Source: Candidatus Dormibacteria bacterium (lineage in GTDB: Bacteria > Chloroflexota > Dormibacteria > Aeolococcales > Aeolococcaceae). From it: a stretch of DNA of 64,000 nt. Below the pieces are notes generated by a model that was not told where the DNA came from, did no database searches, and saw only the letters and a list, made by a program, of their open reading frames with translations. The translations under genes were made by a program, and so were the position numbers. The stretch covers positions 7,369 through 71,368 of the forward strand of contig JBMFXB010000008.1 of assembly GCA_049964715.1 (NCBI GenBank). Direction: 5' to 3'. The first letter of the stretch is position 1; every line of letters starts with the position of its first letter. Positions 20,037 to 31,127 of this stretch are shown piece by piece.

Positions 20037-21509
20037 CTATGCCTCAGCCATTGCTGGGAGTGCAATTCCTCGGGACTCCACCCAGGAAGCGAGCTGGTCC
20101 ACGAGTTCTTGTGCTCGACCGAGTGTTGGAGCCTCACTATAGATGCGCATAAGTGGTTCAGTTCCACTCATCCGTACGAGTACCCATGATCCATCAGCCA
20201 GATACAGCTTCGCACCATCATCTGTCCGAGTCGAAGTGATCTTCGTCCCACCCACTTCAGTCGGTGGCTGTTCCTGCAAAAGACTGTACACTCGTTTCTT
20301 CTGTGCCTCATATCCATCACGCGGGAATCGTACATCACGTCGTGTATATGCATGGGGTCCAACCCGCTCTTCAAGTTGCGCAAGAATTGCTGAAAGTGGC
20401 TTGCCATACTTCATGATCATGTCCATTGCGTATAGAGCAGCAAGGATTCCATCGCGCTCAGGAATATGCCCACGGAATGCAAAACCGCCTGATTCCTCAC
20501 AGCCGATAATCGCATCCTGCTGCATCATCTCAGGGCCAATGAACTTGAATCCGACTTTTGTCTCGATGACAGGTACATTGAACTGCTTTCCCAGTGCATC
20601 AAGCATTGACGTTGAGGTCAGGGAGCGAACGACAGGTCCCACCTCCTTCTGCTGCTCAAGAAGATACATCGTATAGAGGGCTGCCATCTGGAGCTGATTG
20701 AGGAATCGTCCAGTTTCATCGACAACGCCAATACGATCCGCATCCCCATCATTTGCAATTGCAAGATCATACCCACCCTTTCTCATGGTAGCCATGGTTT
20801 CTGGAAGGTACTGTGCAATTGGCTCGGGATGAAGACCAGCAAATCCGGGATTCCGCTCGCCATGTACTTCGTGCACTGTGGTACTTCCACCAGCAAGCAG
20901 GCGTGTAAGATATCCGCAACCTGCACCATACATAGGATCGTGCAGTACATGCAGTCCTGCATTCCGTAAAGCTGCGAGATCCACTCGCCGTGCAACCTGG
21001 GCCTCATACGCTGGGTACGGATCGTACTTTTCTACAAGCCCTTTTTCGAGTGCATCTGCAAAGGACATTTCCTTGATACCATCGCGCTGGGCACGTTCAA
21101 CTTCAATTTCTATTGCATCAACTACTTCCTGCGAGGCAGATCCACCGTAGTCAGGCTTGTACTTGATTCCGTTGAACTCTGCAGGATTGTGGCTTGCGGT
21201 AACAACAACTCCGCCGACTGCTTTCCGATCTACCACAGTCCAGGTTATGACTGGGGTCGGAGCAACTGAATCGCAGAGAATGACATGGATACCGTTCGCA
21301 GCAAGGACTCGGCACACCTCCTTGGCGAAGAGCTCTGCAGAGAACCTGGCATCATGGCCGACAACAACTGGCCTCGTGTCCCCTGCAACATAGGCTGCTA
21401 TGCCCTGAGAGACAGCGCGGACTGCTTCATAGGTGAAATCATCAGCAATGACAGCGCGCCATCCATCAGTGCCAAATTTTATAGGTTTGGACGTATTCAT
21501 GGTTGCCAT
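20037..21509 (-). CDS. manB: Phosphomannomutase/phosphoglucomutase
   Basis: FGTDGWR, TASHNP, DGDADR, GFKFI, EESGG, RMSGTEP. Confidence 0.9.
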   Translation of the reverse strand: MATMNTSKPIKFGTDGWRAVIADDFTYEAVRAVSQGIAAYVAGDTRPVVVGHDARFSAELFAKEVCRVLAANGIHVILCDSVAPTPVITWTVVDRKAVGGVVVTASHNPAEFNGIKYKPDYGGSASQEVVDAIEIEVERAQRDGIKEMSFADALEKGLVEKYDPYPAYEAQVARRVDLAALRNAGLHVLHDPMYGAGCGYLTRLLAGGSTTVHEVHGERNPGFAGLHPEPIAQYLPETMATMRKGGYDLAIANDGDADRIGVVDETGRFLNQLQMAALYTMYLLEQQKEVGPVVRSLTSTSMLDALGKQFNVPVIETKVGFKFIGPEMMQQDAIIGCEESGGFAFRGHIPERDGILAALYAMDMIMKYGKPLSAILAQLEERVGPHAYTRRDVRFPRDGYEAQKKRVYSLLQEQPPTEVGGTKITSTRTDDGAKLYLADGSWVLVRMSGTEPLMRIYSEAPTLGRAQELVDQLASWVESRGIALPAMAEA

Positions 21510-21545
21510 TGTACCCAAACACATGAAAGGTTGAGGGACTGGGAA

Positions 21546-22673
21546 CTACAGGAGCTCCTCCCTCCTGTCCTGTTGCAGACGTTCAACGATGTGTTTCACT
21601 TTCTGTGCATGTTCAGAAGAGAGAACCAGCACAGCATCTTCCATGTCGATTACAACGACATCATCTGTACCGATAACAGCAACAAATCTTCCACCACTCG
21701 CATGCACGAAGCACCCTGTTGCATCGTGAACAAGCCCATCTCCAGTTATGATATTTCCTGCTGCGTCTGACCTTCCCACCTGTTCCCAAATTGTGCGCAG
21801 ATCTGACCACGATCCCATGTCAGACCAGTGAAAGGTAGACTCGACAACAGAAAGGTTCGTTGCTCTTTCCAGGATGAGCGGTTCCACAGCAACAGACGTG
21901 AGCTGCTGGTATGCTTCTTTCGCTTCTACATCCTTGTCTTCACGCTGCATCGAGGCTACGTCAGCCACTGTGCTTGCCATATGCTCGTCTGCATCATAGA
22001 GTGCCTGCTGAAAGGTCGAAAGTTTCCAGGCAAAAAGACCCGTATTCCATAGCACATGACCCGATGCAAGAAGTGCGACTGCTGCTTCGTGGGAAGGTTT
22101 CTCAATGAAGTGCTCAGCCTGGAACACAGGCAGAACATTCCGATCTGGCAACACTCCATGTGATCTCGTTTCAGGAAATGAGATACTCCGCCCACATGAG
22201 ATATACCCGAATCCAGTAGCTGGACCTGTAGGTACAACCCCAACAGTCGATAGCCCTCCATGTTGTGCTACTCGTGCAGCGCTTACAACGGCATCACAAT
22301 ATGCATCATCATCATCAATGTAGTGGTCCGCATGAACTGATGAGATTATGGCCTCTGGATCGTCCCGGACAATATGGGCCATTGCAAGACCAAGTGCTGG
22401 GCCAGTTCCTCGAGCGTCTGGCTCCACAATGTACTGGACACCTTCTGGGTCAACACCATCCTCACGAAGTGCTTCCTTGCATGCTTCAACTTGCGAAGCT
22501 GCAGTAATAACCGACACTTCAGCGCCAAGATTACGCACTCGCATGACTGTTGACGAAAGAAGGGTGATGCCCGCTGGATGAATAGGAAGGAGGTGCTTTG
22601 GAATGCGTTTCCGGCTGAGAGGCCAGAGTCTCGTACCACTCCCCCCTGCCAAGATGACAATGTGATATCCCAT
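21546..22673 (-). CDS. manC: Mannose-1-phosphate guanylyltransferase
   Basis: LAGGSGTRLWPLSR, EPDARGT, HADH, FIEKP, WNTGLF, WSDMGSW. Confidence 0.9.
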   Translation of the reverse strand: MGYHIVILAGGSGTRLWPLSRKRIPKHLLPIHPAGITLLSSTVMRVRNLGAEVSVITAASQVEACKEALREDGVDPEGVQYIVEPDARGTGPALGLAMAHIVRDDPEAIISSVHADHYIDDDDAYCDAVVSAARVAQHGGLSTVGVVPTGPATGFGYISCGRSISFPETRSHGVLPDRNVLPVFQAEHFIEKPSHEAAVALLASGHVLWNTGLFAWKLSTFQQALYDADEHMASTVADVASMQREDKDVEAKEAYQQLTSVAVEPLILERATNLSVVESTFHWSDMGSWSDLRTIWEQVGRSDAAGNIITGDGLVHDATGCFVHASGGRFVAVIGTDDVVVIDMEDAVLVLSSEHAQKVKHIVERLQQDRREELL

Positions 22674-22688
22674 TGAAAATGCCCCTTG

Positions 22689-23858
22689 TCAGTGTGCGTC
22701 CTGTGAGCCAATGCTTGCAGTACTTCCAACTGCTCGTGCAAAGGCATCAGCAAGAGTCAATCGCTCCCAAGGCACGTTGCAGTCAGTACGGCCAAAATGC
22801 CCAAATGCTGCGACTTGTCTATACATGGGACGACGGAGTTGCAGGGCATCGATAATGCCTCTTGGAGTGAGATCGCAATGCTCTTCAACGACTGCCACTA
22901 TCTTCTCTGGAGCTATGTGCTCCGTTCCAAACGTGTCCACTGTGAACGCAAGCGGCTTATCCATGCCTATTGCATATGCAAGCATGACTTCGCAGTTACT
23001 TGCGATTCCTGCAGCAACTATGTTCTTTGCAATCCACCGTGCTGCATATGAGGCACTCCGATCAACCTTGGTGGGATCCTTGCCACTGAATGCTCCTCCA
23101 CCGTGACGAGCATATCCTCCATACGTATCAACGATGATCTTCCGACCTGTGAGTCCTGAATCGCCCACTGGTCCCCCTACAACAAAACGACCAGTTGGAT
23201 TGACAAGCCGCTGCGTTGCATTGTCCATAAGCTCTTTCGGAATGACAGCATCGACAACTGATTGCTGGATTTCCTCGTAGATCTGTGCATGGGTCGCAGA
23301 GGGATTGTGCTGGGAACTCACCAGTACATTCTCGATATGAACAGGATGGCCAATGCGGTCATATGTGACTGTGACCTGTGTCTTGCCATCTGGCCTTGCC
23401 CAAGAAAGCGTTCCGTCCTTGCGCCTCTCGGTGAGTGTCCGTGCAAGATCGTGAGCGAGTTGAATCGGTAACGGCATAAGTTGCGGAGTCTCGTTGCAGG
23501 CAAAACCATACATCATTCCTTGGTCGCCAGCTCCTCCAGGATCAACTCCTACTGCAATGTCGGGAGACTGTTCATCAATGGAGACGAGCACTCCACAGCT
23601 ACTTGAGTCGAATCCGTATGAGGAATCCGTATACCCAATCTCGTGTATGACCTCCCGCACAAGATGTGGCACATCAACATACGCATCTGTAGTTATTTCG
23701 CCAAATACGAACACCGTTCCCCGGGTTACAGCACATTCACATGCAACGCGACCATTGGGATCCTGCTCAAGTACGGCATCAAGTACTGCATCGCTGATTT
23801 GGTCTGCAATCTTGTCTGGATGGCCGCTTGTCACGGACTCGGATGCTACAACCCTCAT
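22689..23858 (-). CDS. metK: S-adenosylmethionine synthetase
   Basis: [47 protein letters not shown]. Confidence 0.97.
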   Translation of the reverse strand: MRVVASESVTSGHPDKIADQISDAVLDAVLEQDPNGRVACECAVTRGTVFVFGEITTDAYVDVPHLVREVIHEIGYTDSSYGFDSSSCGVLVSIDEQSPDIAVGVDPGGAGDQGMMYGFACNETPQLMPLPIQLAHDLARTLTERRKDGTLSWARPDGKTQVTVTYDRIGHPVHIENVLVSSQHNPSATHAQIYEEIQQSVVDAVIPKELMDNATQRLVNPTGRFVVGGPVGDSGLTGRKIIVDTYGGYARHGGGAFSGKDPTKVDRSASYAARWIAKNIVAAGIASNCEVMLAYAIGMDKPLAFTVDTFGTEHIAPEKIVAVVEEHCDLTPRGIIDALQLRRPMYRQVAAFGHFGRTDCNVPWERLTLADAFARAVGSTASIGSQDAH

Positions 23859-23891
23859 GGGTGAACCTCCATCAACACGCCAGATGGCGCT

Positions 23892-25472
23892 CTATACGGG
23901 AAATACTGCATGATGCCTCCACTGTGCTCCAGGTCTCTGACGGCGTGCATATGTTGCGAATCTCCGAGCCAGCTCTGTACGCAGGTTTGCTGGTTCCACA
24001 ATGTCATCGATGATGAGAAGGGAAGCGAGCTTCTCAACATCAATATCCTTCCTGTATTCCTCCTGCAGACCCAAAACGTACGCTTCACGTTCCGAAAGAG
24101 GCCGTTCCTGAATCTTGTTGAAGTACACAGCATTCACTGCTGCTTCAGGACCCATCACTGCGATTTCCGCACCTGGAAGAGCAAGAGTACAGTCAGGATC
24201 GAATGCTGGTCCACACATGGCATACAGCCCTGCACCATACGCTTTTCGAACGATGACTGAGATCTTTGGCACTGTTGCACTAGAAAGTGCTGCAATCATC
24301 TTCGCACCATGACGGATTATGCCCTGTCGTTCAACAACAGTCCCAATCATGAAACCTGGAACATCTGCAAGAAAAAGGAGGGGGATATTGAAGGCATCAC
24401 AACACGTGACAAAGCGGGCAACCTTGTCTGCTGAATCAACAAAGAGCACTCCTCCCTTGTGATTCGGCTGCGAGGCAATGAGACCAATTGTCTGTCCTTC
24501 AATGCGTGCAAATCCCGTTACTACTTCCTTTGCAAACAGCTCTTTGATTTCAAGCAAGCTTCCTCCATCAATGATGGTGTCAATGAGGTCGTGGACATCG
24601 TACCCTCGGGATCGCTCACTGGGAACGATATCAACGATCCCTGCAGGATCCTTTGCTGGTGGCACAACAGGCTGGATTGGTGGCATCTCCCTCCAGGAAG
24701 TCGGCATTGCTGCAAGGTAGGAACGACATGCAGTGATACCCTCCTCCTCACTGTTTGCAAGCACGTCACCACACCCACTCACAGAACAGTGCATGAGTGC
24801 ACCACCCATTTCCTCAAGGGTGACTTTTTCACCAACAACTACTTCGGCCATTCGTGGTGAACCCAGATACATGGACGCCTTGCCTGCAATCATGATGACG
24901 ACATCGCAGAATGCTGGCACATACGCGCCTCCAGCTGCACTTGGCCCGAACAGCACACACACCTGAGGTACTTGTCCACTGAGACGTACCTGCATGTGAA
25001 AAATTCGACCTGCATGACGTCTGCCGGGAAACATCTGGATCTGGTCAGTAATACGGGCTCCTGCACTGTCAACGAGATACACAACGGGAATTTCCAGCCG
25101 TTCAGCATTCTCCTGCATGCGAATGTACTTTTCGACTGCAAGGGGACCCCATGAGCCAGCCTTTACCGTGGGATCACTCGCAATGACTGCAACCTGTCGT
25201 CCATGTACGACACCAATGCCCGTAACAAGACCATCTGCTGGGAGTTCCGGTTCCCCGGCATTTGCGAAAAGCCCGTCCTCAATGAACTCTGTTCCAGGGT
25301 CACACAGCAATCTGATGCGTTCACGAACAGGCAGCTTCCCCTGCTCCTTGAGCTTTGCCTGGGAACGGACTGGACCACCCTGAAGCAGACGTGCCCGTTC
25401 CTGGCGAGTGTGAGAAGCTGCAGCACGTAAAGAACGTACTTCAGGATGCGCGTTCTTGGAACCACTACTCAC
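23892..25472 (-). CDS. Acyl-CoA carboxylase carboxyltransferase (beta) subunit, methylcrotonyl-CoA carboxylase-like
   Basis: GKLPVRERI, DSAGARI, AAGGAY, EEMGG, DVPGFMIG, RKAYGAG; GTG at 25472 after GAGGAGG. Confidence 0.88.
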   Translation of the reverse strand: MSSGSKNAHPEVRSLRAAASHTRQERARLLQGGPVRSQAKLKEQGKLPVRERIRLLCDPGTEFIEDGLFANAGEPELPADGLVTGIGVVHGRQVAVIASDPTVKAGSWGPLAVEKYIRMQENAERLEIPVVYLVDSAGARITDQIQMFPGRRHAGRIFHMQVRLSGQVPQVCVLFGPSAAGGAYVPAFCDVVIMIAGKASMYLGSPRMAEVVVGEKVTLEEMGGALMHCSVSGCGDVLANSEEEGITACRSYLAAMPTSWREMPPIQPVVPPAKDPAGIVDIVPSERSRGYDVHDLIDTIIDGGSLLEIKELFAKEVVTGFARIEGQTIGLIASQPNHKGGVLFVDSADKVARFVTCCDAFNIPLLFLADVPGFMIGTVVERQGIIRHGAKMIAALSSATVPKISVIVRKAYGAGLYAMCGPAFDPDCTLALPGAEIAVMGPEAAVNAVYFNKIQERPLSEREAYVLGLQEEYRKDIDVEKLASLLIIDDIVEPANLRTELARRFATYARRQRPGAQWRHHAVFPV

Positions 25473-26391
25473 TACCTGTACCCTCCTCAACAATGGGTCT
25501 GTTCTTCCAGAGTCCTGCACGGTAGACCTTGCCCGGAAACTCAGCGTCAAGCAGAGCTGCCATCTCTGCACTCAATGCACAGTATGCATCGAGATCGCTT
25601 GTGAACGTCGCACCGACTGATGCGAGTCCAAGAAGTGCATCTTCACTGCACACATTGCCAGTTGATCGTGGTGCGAAAGGACAACCGCCTATGCCACCCA
25701 GTGAACCATCGTACTTCCGCACACCAACCTCATATCCTGCTATGACATTCGCTACTCCAAGACCACGTGTGTCATGAACATGGAGACTAGTGAGCTCATC
25801 ACCTATCTCTGCAATGACAGCCTCCATGAGTGAACTCACAGAAGCCGGAGTTGCAACACCAATTGTATCCGCTATGCCGATCTCATCAACCCCGACACCA
25901 TGCAGTCGTTGGACAAGGTCCAGTACAGCCGACTCTGCGACAGCGCCCTCAAACGGACACCCAAATGCAACGGATACTGCTACATCACACGTACCACCTG
26001 CATCATGAACCCGCAAGGCGATTTCCCGACAACCTTCAAGAGATGCTGCTATGGACCTATTGACATTACGGTGATTGAACGTCTCAGTGGCTCCAATTGT
26101 CACCAGTACATTGGGCACACCGGCTGCAATTGCAGATTCCGCACCCTGAAGATTGGGAACGAGTACACGGACATGTGCTTTCTCCTCTTCCGTCAATGCT
26201 GCAATGACATCCCCTGCATCAGCCATCTGTGGAACCCACTTCGGTGAGACAAATGAAGTCGCTTCAACTCGTGGTGCCCCAGCCAGGAGGAGGCCACGAA
26301 TCATGCGGATTTTCGCGTCTGTACTTACGGGATGCGGGAATGTCTGCACTCCGTCCCGTGGAGCAACATCTGTCCAAACTATGTCAGTCAT
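25465..26391 (-). CDS. Hydroxymethylglutaryl-CoA lyase
   Basis: DVAPRDGVQ, SFVSPKWVPQMAD, IADTIG, LHVHDTRG, GGCPFAP, GNVCSED. Confidence 0.9.
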   Translation of the reverse strand: MTDIVWTDVAPRDGVQTFPHPVSTDAKIRMIRGLLLAGAPRVEATSFVSPKWVPQMADAGDVIAALTEEEKAHVRVLVPNLQGAESAIAAGVPNVLVTIGATETFNHRNVNRSIAASLEGCREIALRVHDAGGTCDVAVSVAFGCPFEGAVAESAVLDLVQRLHGVGVDEIGIADTIGVATPASVSSLMEAVIAEIGDELTSLHVHDTRGLGVANVIAGYEVGVRKYDGSLGGIGGCPFAPRSTGNVCSEDALLGLASVGATFTSDLDAYCALSAEMAALLDAEFPGKVYRAGLWKNRPIVEEGTGSE

Positions 26392-26714
26392 GAGTTCCAT
26401 CCATGGTGTGCATCATATCCGAACAGGGCAATGAGCAACGATCCAAGCGGTGGAAGCGGCAGGAGTATGACTATGAGGCCCCAGAGAAACGACCTCTTCC
26501 GAAATGCCAGGACACACCCAAACACCCATGCCAGACACGTCGCAACGACTGACACACTCATGAGTACAGCAAGCACCATTCCAGCCCCGCCTGCTCCTCG
26601 TGAACCGTACTGGACGAGAATGAAGTTCACTCCGTATATGGAAAGGGTGCTCAATAGTGCAAACACAATTGTGGTAAATCGAGTGATGATGTGCTGTTTG
26701 GGCTCTTGTGCCAT
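26388..26714 (-). CDS. Small membrane protein (about 3 TM)
   Basis: Hydrophobic ORF with an ATGA overlap to the lyase gene. Confidence 0.6.
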   Translation of the reverse strand: MAQEPKQHIITRFTTIVFALLSTLSIYGVNFILVQYGSRGAGGAGMVLAVLMSVSVVATCLAWVFGCVLAFRKRSFLWGLIVILLPLPPLGSLLIALFGYDAHHGWNS

Positions 26715-26787
26715 GCCTGACCTTCTTCTCCCTGCACTACTGCTGCACGTGACAGTATGCACATGAAAACAGTACGCTGCTGGAATA

Positions 26788-27444
26788 ATGTCGCAGTTTG
26801 TGCTCAGCACTTATCTTACCCAGTCACTTGACATCACATACCACCCGGATCTCAAAATATGCGGAATCGACGAAGTGGGAAGGGGAGCGTTTGCAGGACC
26901 TCTCGTCGCCTGCGGAGTTGTTTTTCCAGCATCGTATGTGAACCCTGACCTCAGGGACAGCAAAGAACTGTCTCCAGCACGACGTACAGAACTGGCTACT
27001 GTCGTGAAACGGGATGCACTTTCCTATTGGATCGTGGAAGTTCCTTCCCAAGACATTGATGCACACGGAGTTGGGTGGGCAAACAGAACAGCATTTGAAT
27101 CGATACTGGATGCACTCGAAGCAGATGTGTTCATTTGCGATGGCAACCTCAAGCTTGCCAGTACGAAAACGTGGATATCACTGCCAAAAGCAGACCAGCT
27201 CATCACTGCTGCAAGTGGAGCTTCCATCATTGCAAAGACCCATCGCGACAGTCTCATGGAGAAGTTCCATGAAGATGCACCCATGTATTTCTGGGCTGAC
27301 AACAAAGGGTACGGCTCCAAAGCACATCGTGATGCAATTCGCATCCACGGACTCCATTCACTCCACCGACGGTCATTCATACATGAAGATCTGCGTGAGG
27401 AAGCCCCACTGCAGCTCGCACTGTTTCCCTCAGTAGATTCCTAA
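26788..27444 (+). CDS. rnhB: Ribonuclease HII
   Basis: GIDEVGRGAFAGP, RDSKEL, DGN, ASIIAKTHRD, NKGYG, HRRSF. Confidence 0.95.
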   Translation: MSQFVLSTYLTQSLDITYHPDLKICGIDEVGRGAFAGPLVACGVVFPASYVNPDLRDSKELSPARRTELATVVKRDALSYWIVEVPSQDIDAHGVGWANRTAFESILDALEADVFICDGNLKLASTKTWISLPKADQLITAASGASIIAKTHRDSLMEKFHEDAPMYFWADNKGYGSKAHRDAIRIHGLHSLHRRSFIHEDLREEAPLQLALFPSVDS

Positions 27445-27665
27445 CAACAGGAACATCCACCTCCGCACCCACAGCTTCCACCCTGTGGAACGAAGCTTGT
27501 TGACTCACTGGAGTTGGAGAGCTGGACATTGGAGAGACTCATGACGAGTACGGACGTAGGTTTCCCACAGCCTGGGCAGGGAGTCGGATCATGACGTGCT
27601 GCAACTGGGCGCATTGTCTCAAAGACTGTGCTGCAGTCATTGCATCGATACTCATATCGCGGCAT
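27441..27665 (-). CDS. FmdB-family zinc ribbon protein
   Basis: MPRYEYRCNDC...CPGCG with a Cys/Gly-rich tail. Confidence 0.85.
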   Translation of the reverse strand: MPRYEYRCNDCSTVFETMRPVAARHDPTPCPGCGKPTSVLVMSLSNVQLSNSSESTSFVPQGGSCGCGGGCSCC

Positions 27666-27707
27666 GAACTCGTCCTCCAAATTCGTGCAATCTTGACAGA
27701 TCCCAGT

Positions 27708-28199
27708 CTACTCCAGTCCCTGCATCGATGAGGCAATTGATGCTGCTGCATGACAGGCCCTTGTGAGTCTCTTGGGAAATCTCGCTCCTGAAGACACTGT
27801 TCATGTCCACGCAGCTTTCCCCGTAGTTTTCTCAAGGACTGAAACGTCTATAGCTCCCCTTCGGCTTTCCATAGTGATTGGCGCAGTTTGCTCTCTTGCT
27901 GATCCCTCACCCAATGCATCCCTGAGCTTCTCCACAACAACTTTCATGTGTGCGACAGTCCTGCGAAGACGCCAGCTGTACAGCGGAAAGGTTCGATCGA
28001 ACAGTGTGCGTTGCCACACAGTCTTTTCGCAAACAGCGTGCCCATCCACCACAATATTGACTGCAGCACCAGTGCGATCAAAAAGATGCAACTTCTCTTC
28101 AACGCTTCCGTCATCGTATCTAGTGAATGTCGGTCCCTACACGGAGCGTACGATGCATTTGACACTGTGTGTCGTGGAAAGTGATGTGCTCGTATCCAT
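27708..28199 (-). pseudogene. Orphan reading frame with two in-frame stops, ending ...SSMQGLE*
   Basis: ATG at 28199 with an AGGAG RBS; a single frame to TAG at 27708, interrupted by TAG 28137-39 and TGA 27801-03. Confidence 0.45.
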
Positions 28200-28318
28200 G
28201 GCCTACTCCTGGGACTCTCACACCGACATTACGCGGACAATATACTCCCCTCCCACAGGACGCTACACTATGGTCTGCATCTCAAGAATCATGCCTTGGG
28301 AAGGGGAAGGAGAAACAC

Positions 28319-29800
28319 ATGTCCACAGTTGCTGCATCCCACAATGCAGCTCACGATGTTCGCCGTACTGAGGCTCTCATTCTTGCTGTCATCTTTCTCG
28401 GAATCGTACTTGCTGCTGTAGACACAACCATCGTTGTCCTTGCCATTCCTACCATCTCGCACGATCTGCACTCCGGAATCTCCACTGTGATCTGGGTCAT
28501 CATGGCCTATATCCTCACTCTCACTGTGCTTGGCACTCAGGTCGGAAAAATTGGAGACATATTTGGCCGGGTGCACATGTACATTGCTGGCTTTGTCATC
28601 TTCACCATTGGCTCCACCCTCTGCGGAATTGCACCTGGTGGAGGCTTTCTTGTAGGCTTCCGCATTCTTCAGGGAATTGGTGGAGCACTGGTTTCCGCCA
28701 ACAGCGGTGCAATCATTGCTGACTCCATTCCTGTTGAGCGTCGAGGAAGGGCATATGGACTGACAAGCGTCGGATGGAATGTTGGAGCCATTCTCGGCAT
28801 TCTCCTTGGTGGCATCCTCATCACATTTGTATCGTGGCGTTTCATATTCCTCATCAACCTCCCAATTGGCATTGCAGCAATTATCATCAGTGCCCTTGTG
28901 CTGCGTGACCGGGGTGAGCGCGTCCACCATGCGATTGACATTCCAGGAATGTTCCTGCTCGCCTTTGGTCTTACGCTCATTCTTCTTGCAGTAAATGATG
29001 TAACAGATGGCAACTGGACAGTGCTGACAACAGTGAAACTCTGCACAGGCATCGCACTTCTCATTGGCTTATTTATATGGGAGCGCTATGCAAAGGAACC
29101 CGTACTCCCTATTGCACTCCTTCGGATCCGCATTCTATTCGCATCGATCTTCGCCTCGTTTTTCCAGGCATTGGCAAACTTTTCCGTACTATTCCTCCTC
29201 ATCATGTACCTCCAGGCAGCACGAGGACTCACGCCACTTGCTGCATCAGCACTCCTTATTCCTGGCTACATTGTCGGTGCATTCACTGGACCGTTTGGAG
29301 GAAGATGGAGCGATCGTGTTGGTTCCCGTGCTCCTGCAACACTTGGACTCATCCTTCAGGCAGTCTCCGTCTTCTGTTACGCACAGCTTGATCCCACCTC
29401 CTCTCTCTGGCTCGTTGCAGGCATATCCATAATATCGGGCATAGGAAGTGGCCTCTTCTTCCCTGCAAACAACAGTGCAGTAATGGCAAATGCACCCCAG
29501 CGCACCTATGGCATTGCCTCAGGTCTCCTTCGCACATTTTCCAATATGGGAATGGTTGGAAGTTTCGCAGTCGCACTGCTGGCAACTTCCATCTCCATTC
29601 CCAAGCAGTTTGCACTTGCAATATTCCTCGGAACGACGTCCACATCCCTTCCCAGGCACCTCATCAAGCCGTTCATGGATGGCTGGCACACAGCCCTCTA
29701 TTTGGCAACTGCACTCTTCATCATCCCTGTCTTCCTCTCCCTCATTCGCGGAAAGGAACAGCGCAATCTCCAGCACCAAAATCATGCAGCAGCCAAATGA
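28319..29800 (+). CDS. MFS transporter, DHA2 (14-TM) drug efflux family
   Basis: AVDTTIVVLAIP, GKIGDIFGR motif A, FRILQGIG, WRFIFLINLPIG. Confidence 0.92.
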   Translation: MSTVAASHNAAHDVRRTEALILAVIFLGIVLAAVDTTIVVLAIPTISHDLHSGISTVIWVIMAYILTLTVLGTQVGKIGDIFGRVHMYIAGFVIFTIGSTLCGIAPGGGFLVGFRILQGIGGALVSANSGAIIADSIPVERRGRAYGLTSVGWNVGAILGILLGGILITFVSWRFIFLINLPIGIAAIIISALVLRDRGERVHHAIDIPGMFLLAFGLTLILLAVNDVTDGNWTVLTTVKLCTGIALLIGLFIWERYAKEPVLPIALLRIRILFASIFASFFQALANFSVLFLLIMYLQAARGLTPLAASALLIPGYIVGAFTGPFGGRWSDRVGSRAPATLGLILQAVSVFCYAQLDPTSSLWLVAGISIISGIGSGLFFPANNSAVMANAPQRTYGIASGLLRTFSNMGMVGSFAVALLATSISIPKQFALAIFLGTTSTSLPRHLIKPFMDGWHTALYLATALFIIPVFLSLIRGKEQRNLQHQNHAAAK

Positions 29801-29945
29801 TAGCTCCTTGGAGAGTGTGAAGAACATGTGACAGATGCTGCTCCACCTTCGACATTGCGTAGACTATGAGAGAACACGACGGTCCCCCATCTTCGCTTCT
29901 GTGCAACGAGCAGTGCAATCGGGGTGCCCGGAAGGAGGACAGAAG

Positions 29946-30518
29946 ATGACACGAGCGCATTGGAAGCACGAGAGCAACGAGGAGGATTCACGCCACCTCC
30001 AGTCACTGCATTCCATTACTGCTGAAGACAGTGCAGTCCGTGAGGGTGTACTCCATGCTCTCGAATCAGCACGGCATGCAGCTGAACGTGCTGCACATGC
30101 TGCAGCAGAGGCACGTGTTCATGCAGAACCACATGTCCGGGCTGCAACCCATGCTGCAATGGATTCCCTCAGTGGAGCTGCAACCCATGCTGCAACACTC
30201 CTTGCAGATGCATCCGGCAGGGTGGGAACTGTGGTTCCTTCTCCTCTTCTGTCTGTTGATGAGACAGCTGAAGCTCCGGATGCTCCACGGCGACACCGTG
30301 TAAGAAAGCTTCTCATTGCAGCCCTCCTTGTTGCAGGAGTTGTTGCCTTTTTCCGCTCTTCCCTTCCTGCACGGATTGCTCATACCATTTTCGGTCATGA
30401 GGAAGACGAAGAAACAGAGACGATTACATTACCAATTGACACAGACGAACTTGAGGGGATGGAAAGCGAGCATCCACATGCATCAGTCGCTTCCGAAGAC
30501 CTTGAGGACCAGGAATAG
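29946..30518 (+). CDS. Hypothetical protein: Ala-rich helical region, one TM, acidic tail
   Basis: GGAGG RBS; KLLIAALLVAGVVAFF TM segment. Confidence 0.6.
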   Translation: MTRAHWKHESNEEDSRHLQSLHSITAEDSAVREGVLHALESARHAAERAAHAAAEARVHAEPHVRAATHAAMDSLSGAATHAATLLADASGRVGTVVPSPLLSVDETAEAPDAPRRHRVRKLLIAALLVAGVVAFFRSSLPARIAHTIFGHEEDEETETITLPIDTDELEGMESEHPHASVASEDLEDQE

Positions 30519-30554
30519 TTCCCCAAAGAGACATCCCGGGTATACTCGATAACG

Positions 30555-31127
30555 ATGCCTCTACTGTTCACTTCAGGTTCGCTGCTGATAATGATCACAT
30601 CCATTGTCAGTGAACTCCTCCAGCTTCTAACCCTTTTGGTCATAGTTCGTGTCGTCCTGTCCTGGATTCCATCCATGGCGTGGTCACGGAACAAGTTTGT
30701 CAAACTCCTGTACCGAATCGTGGATCCTCTACTCAAACCTTTCCAGAAAATTATCCCGACTTTCGGGGGCATGGATGTCTCTCCTCTTGCACTCATTCTC
30801 GTACTTGAGTACCTTTCCTCCGTCATAGCTGGTCTTGGTTACGGAAATTTCAATGTCCTTGGATCTGTCATTGGTCTTGTCGGATTCTTCTTCAGATCTG
30901 TAGCAATCATCATTTTCCTGCTCGTACTCATCAGGTTCTTGCTGCGGATACTCCATGCAGACCGCAGTCACCCGTTTGTGCAGATGATCTACTACATGTC
31001 GAATCCCTTCGTGGCTCCCTTTCAGAACCTTCCCACCATTCCCTTTGATGTCCAGTCTCTTGTTGCATCAATCGTCTACTTTGTGATTGTCGTCATTCTC
31101 CAGTTCATCTTCGTCTACATCCTATGA
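30555..31127 (+). CDS. YggT family membrane protein (two repeats)
   Basis: RVVLSWIP...IVDPLLKPFQKIIPTFGGMDVSP, followed by a second degenerate repeat. Confidence 0.85.
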   Translation: MPLLFTSGSLLIMITSIVSELLQLLTLLVIVRVVLSWIPSMAWSRNKFVKLLYRIVDPLLKPFQKIIPTFGGMDVSPLALILVLEYLSSVIAGLGYGNFNVLGSVIGLVGFFFRSVAIIIFLLVLIRFLLRILHADRSHPFVQMIYYMSNPFVAPFQNLPTIPFDVQSLVASIVYFVIVVILQFIFVYIL

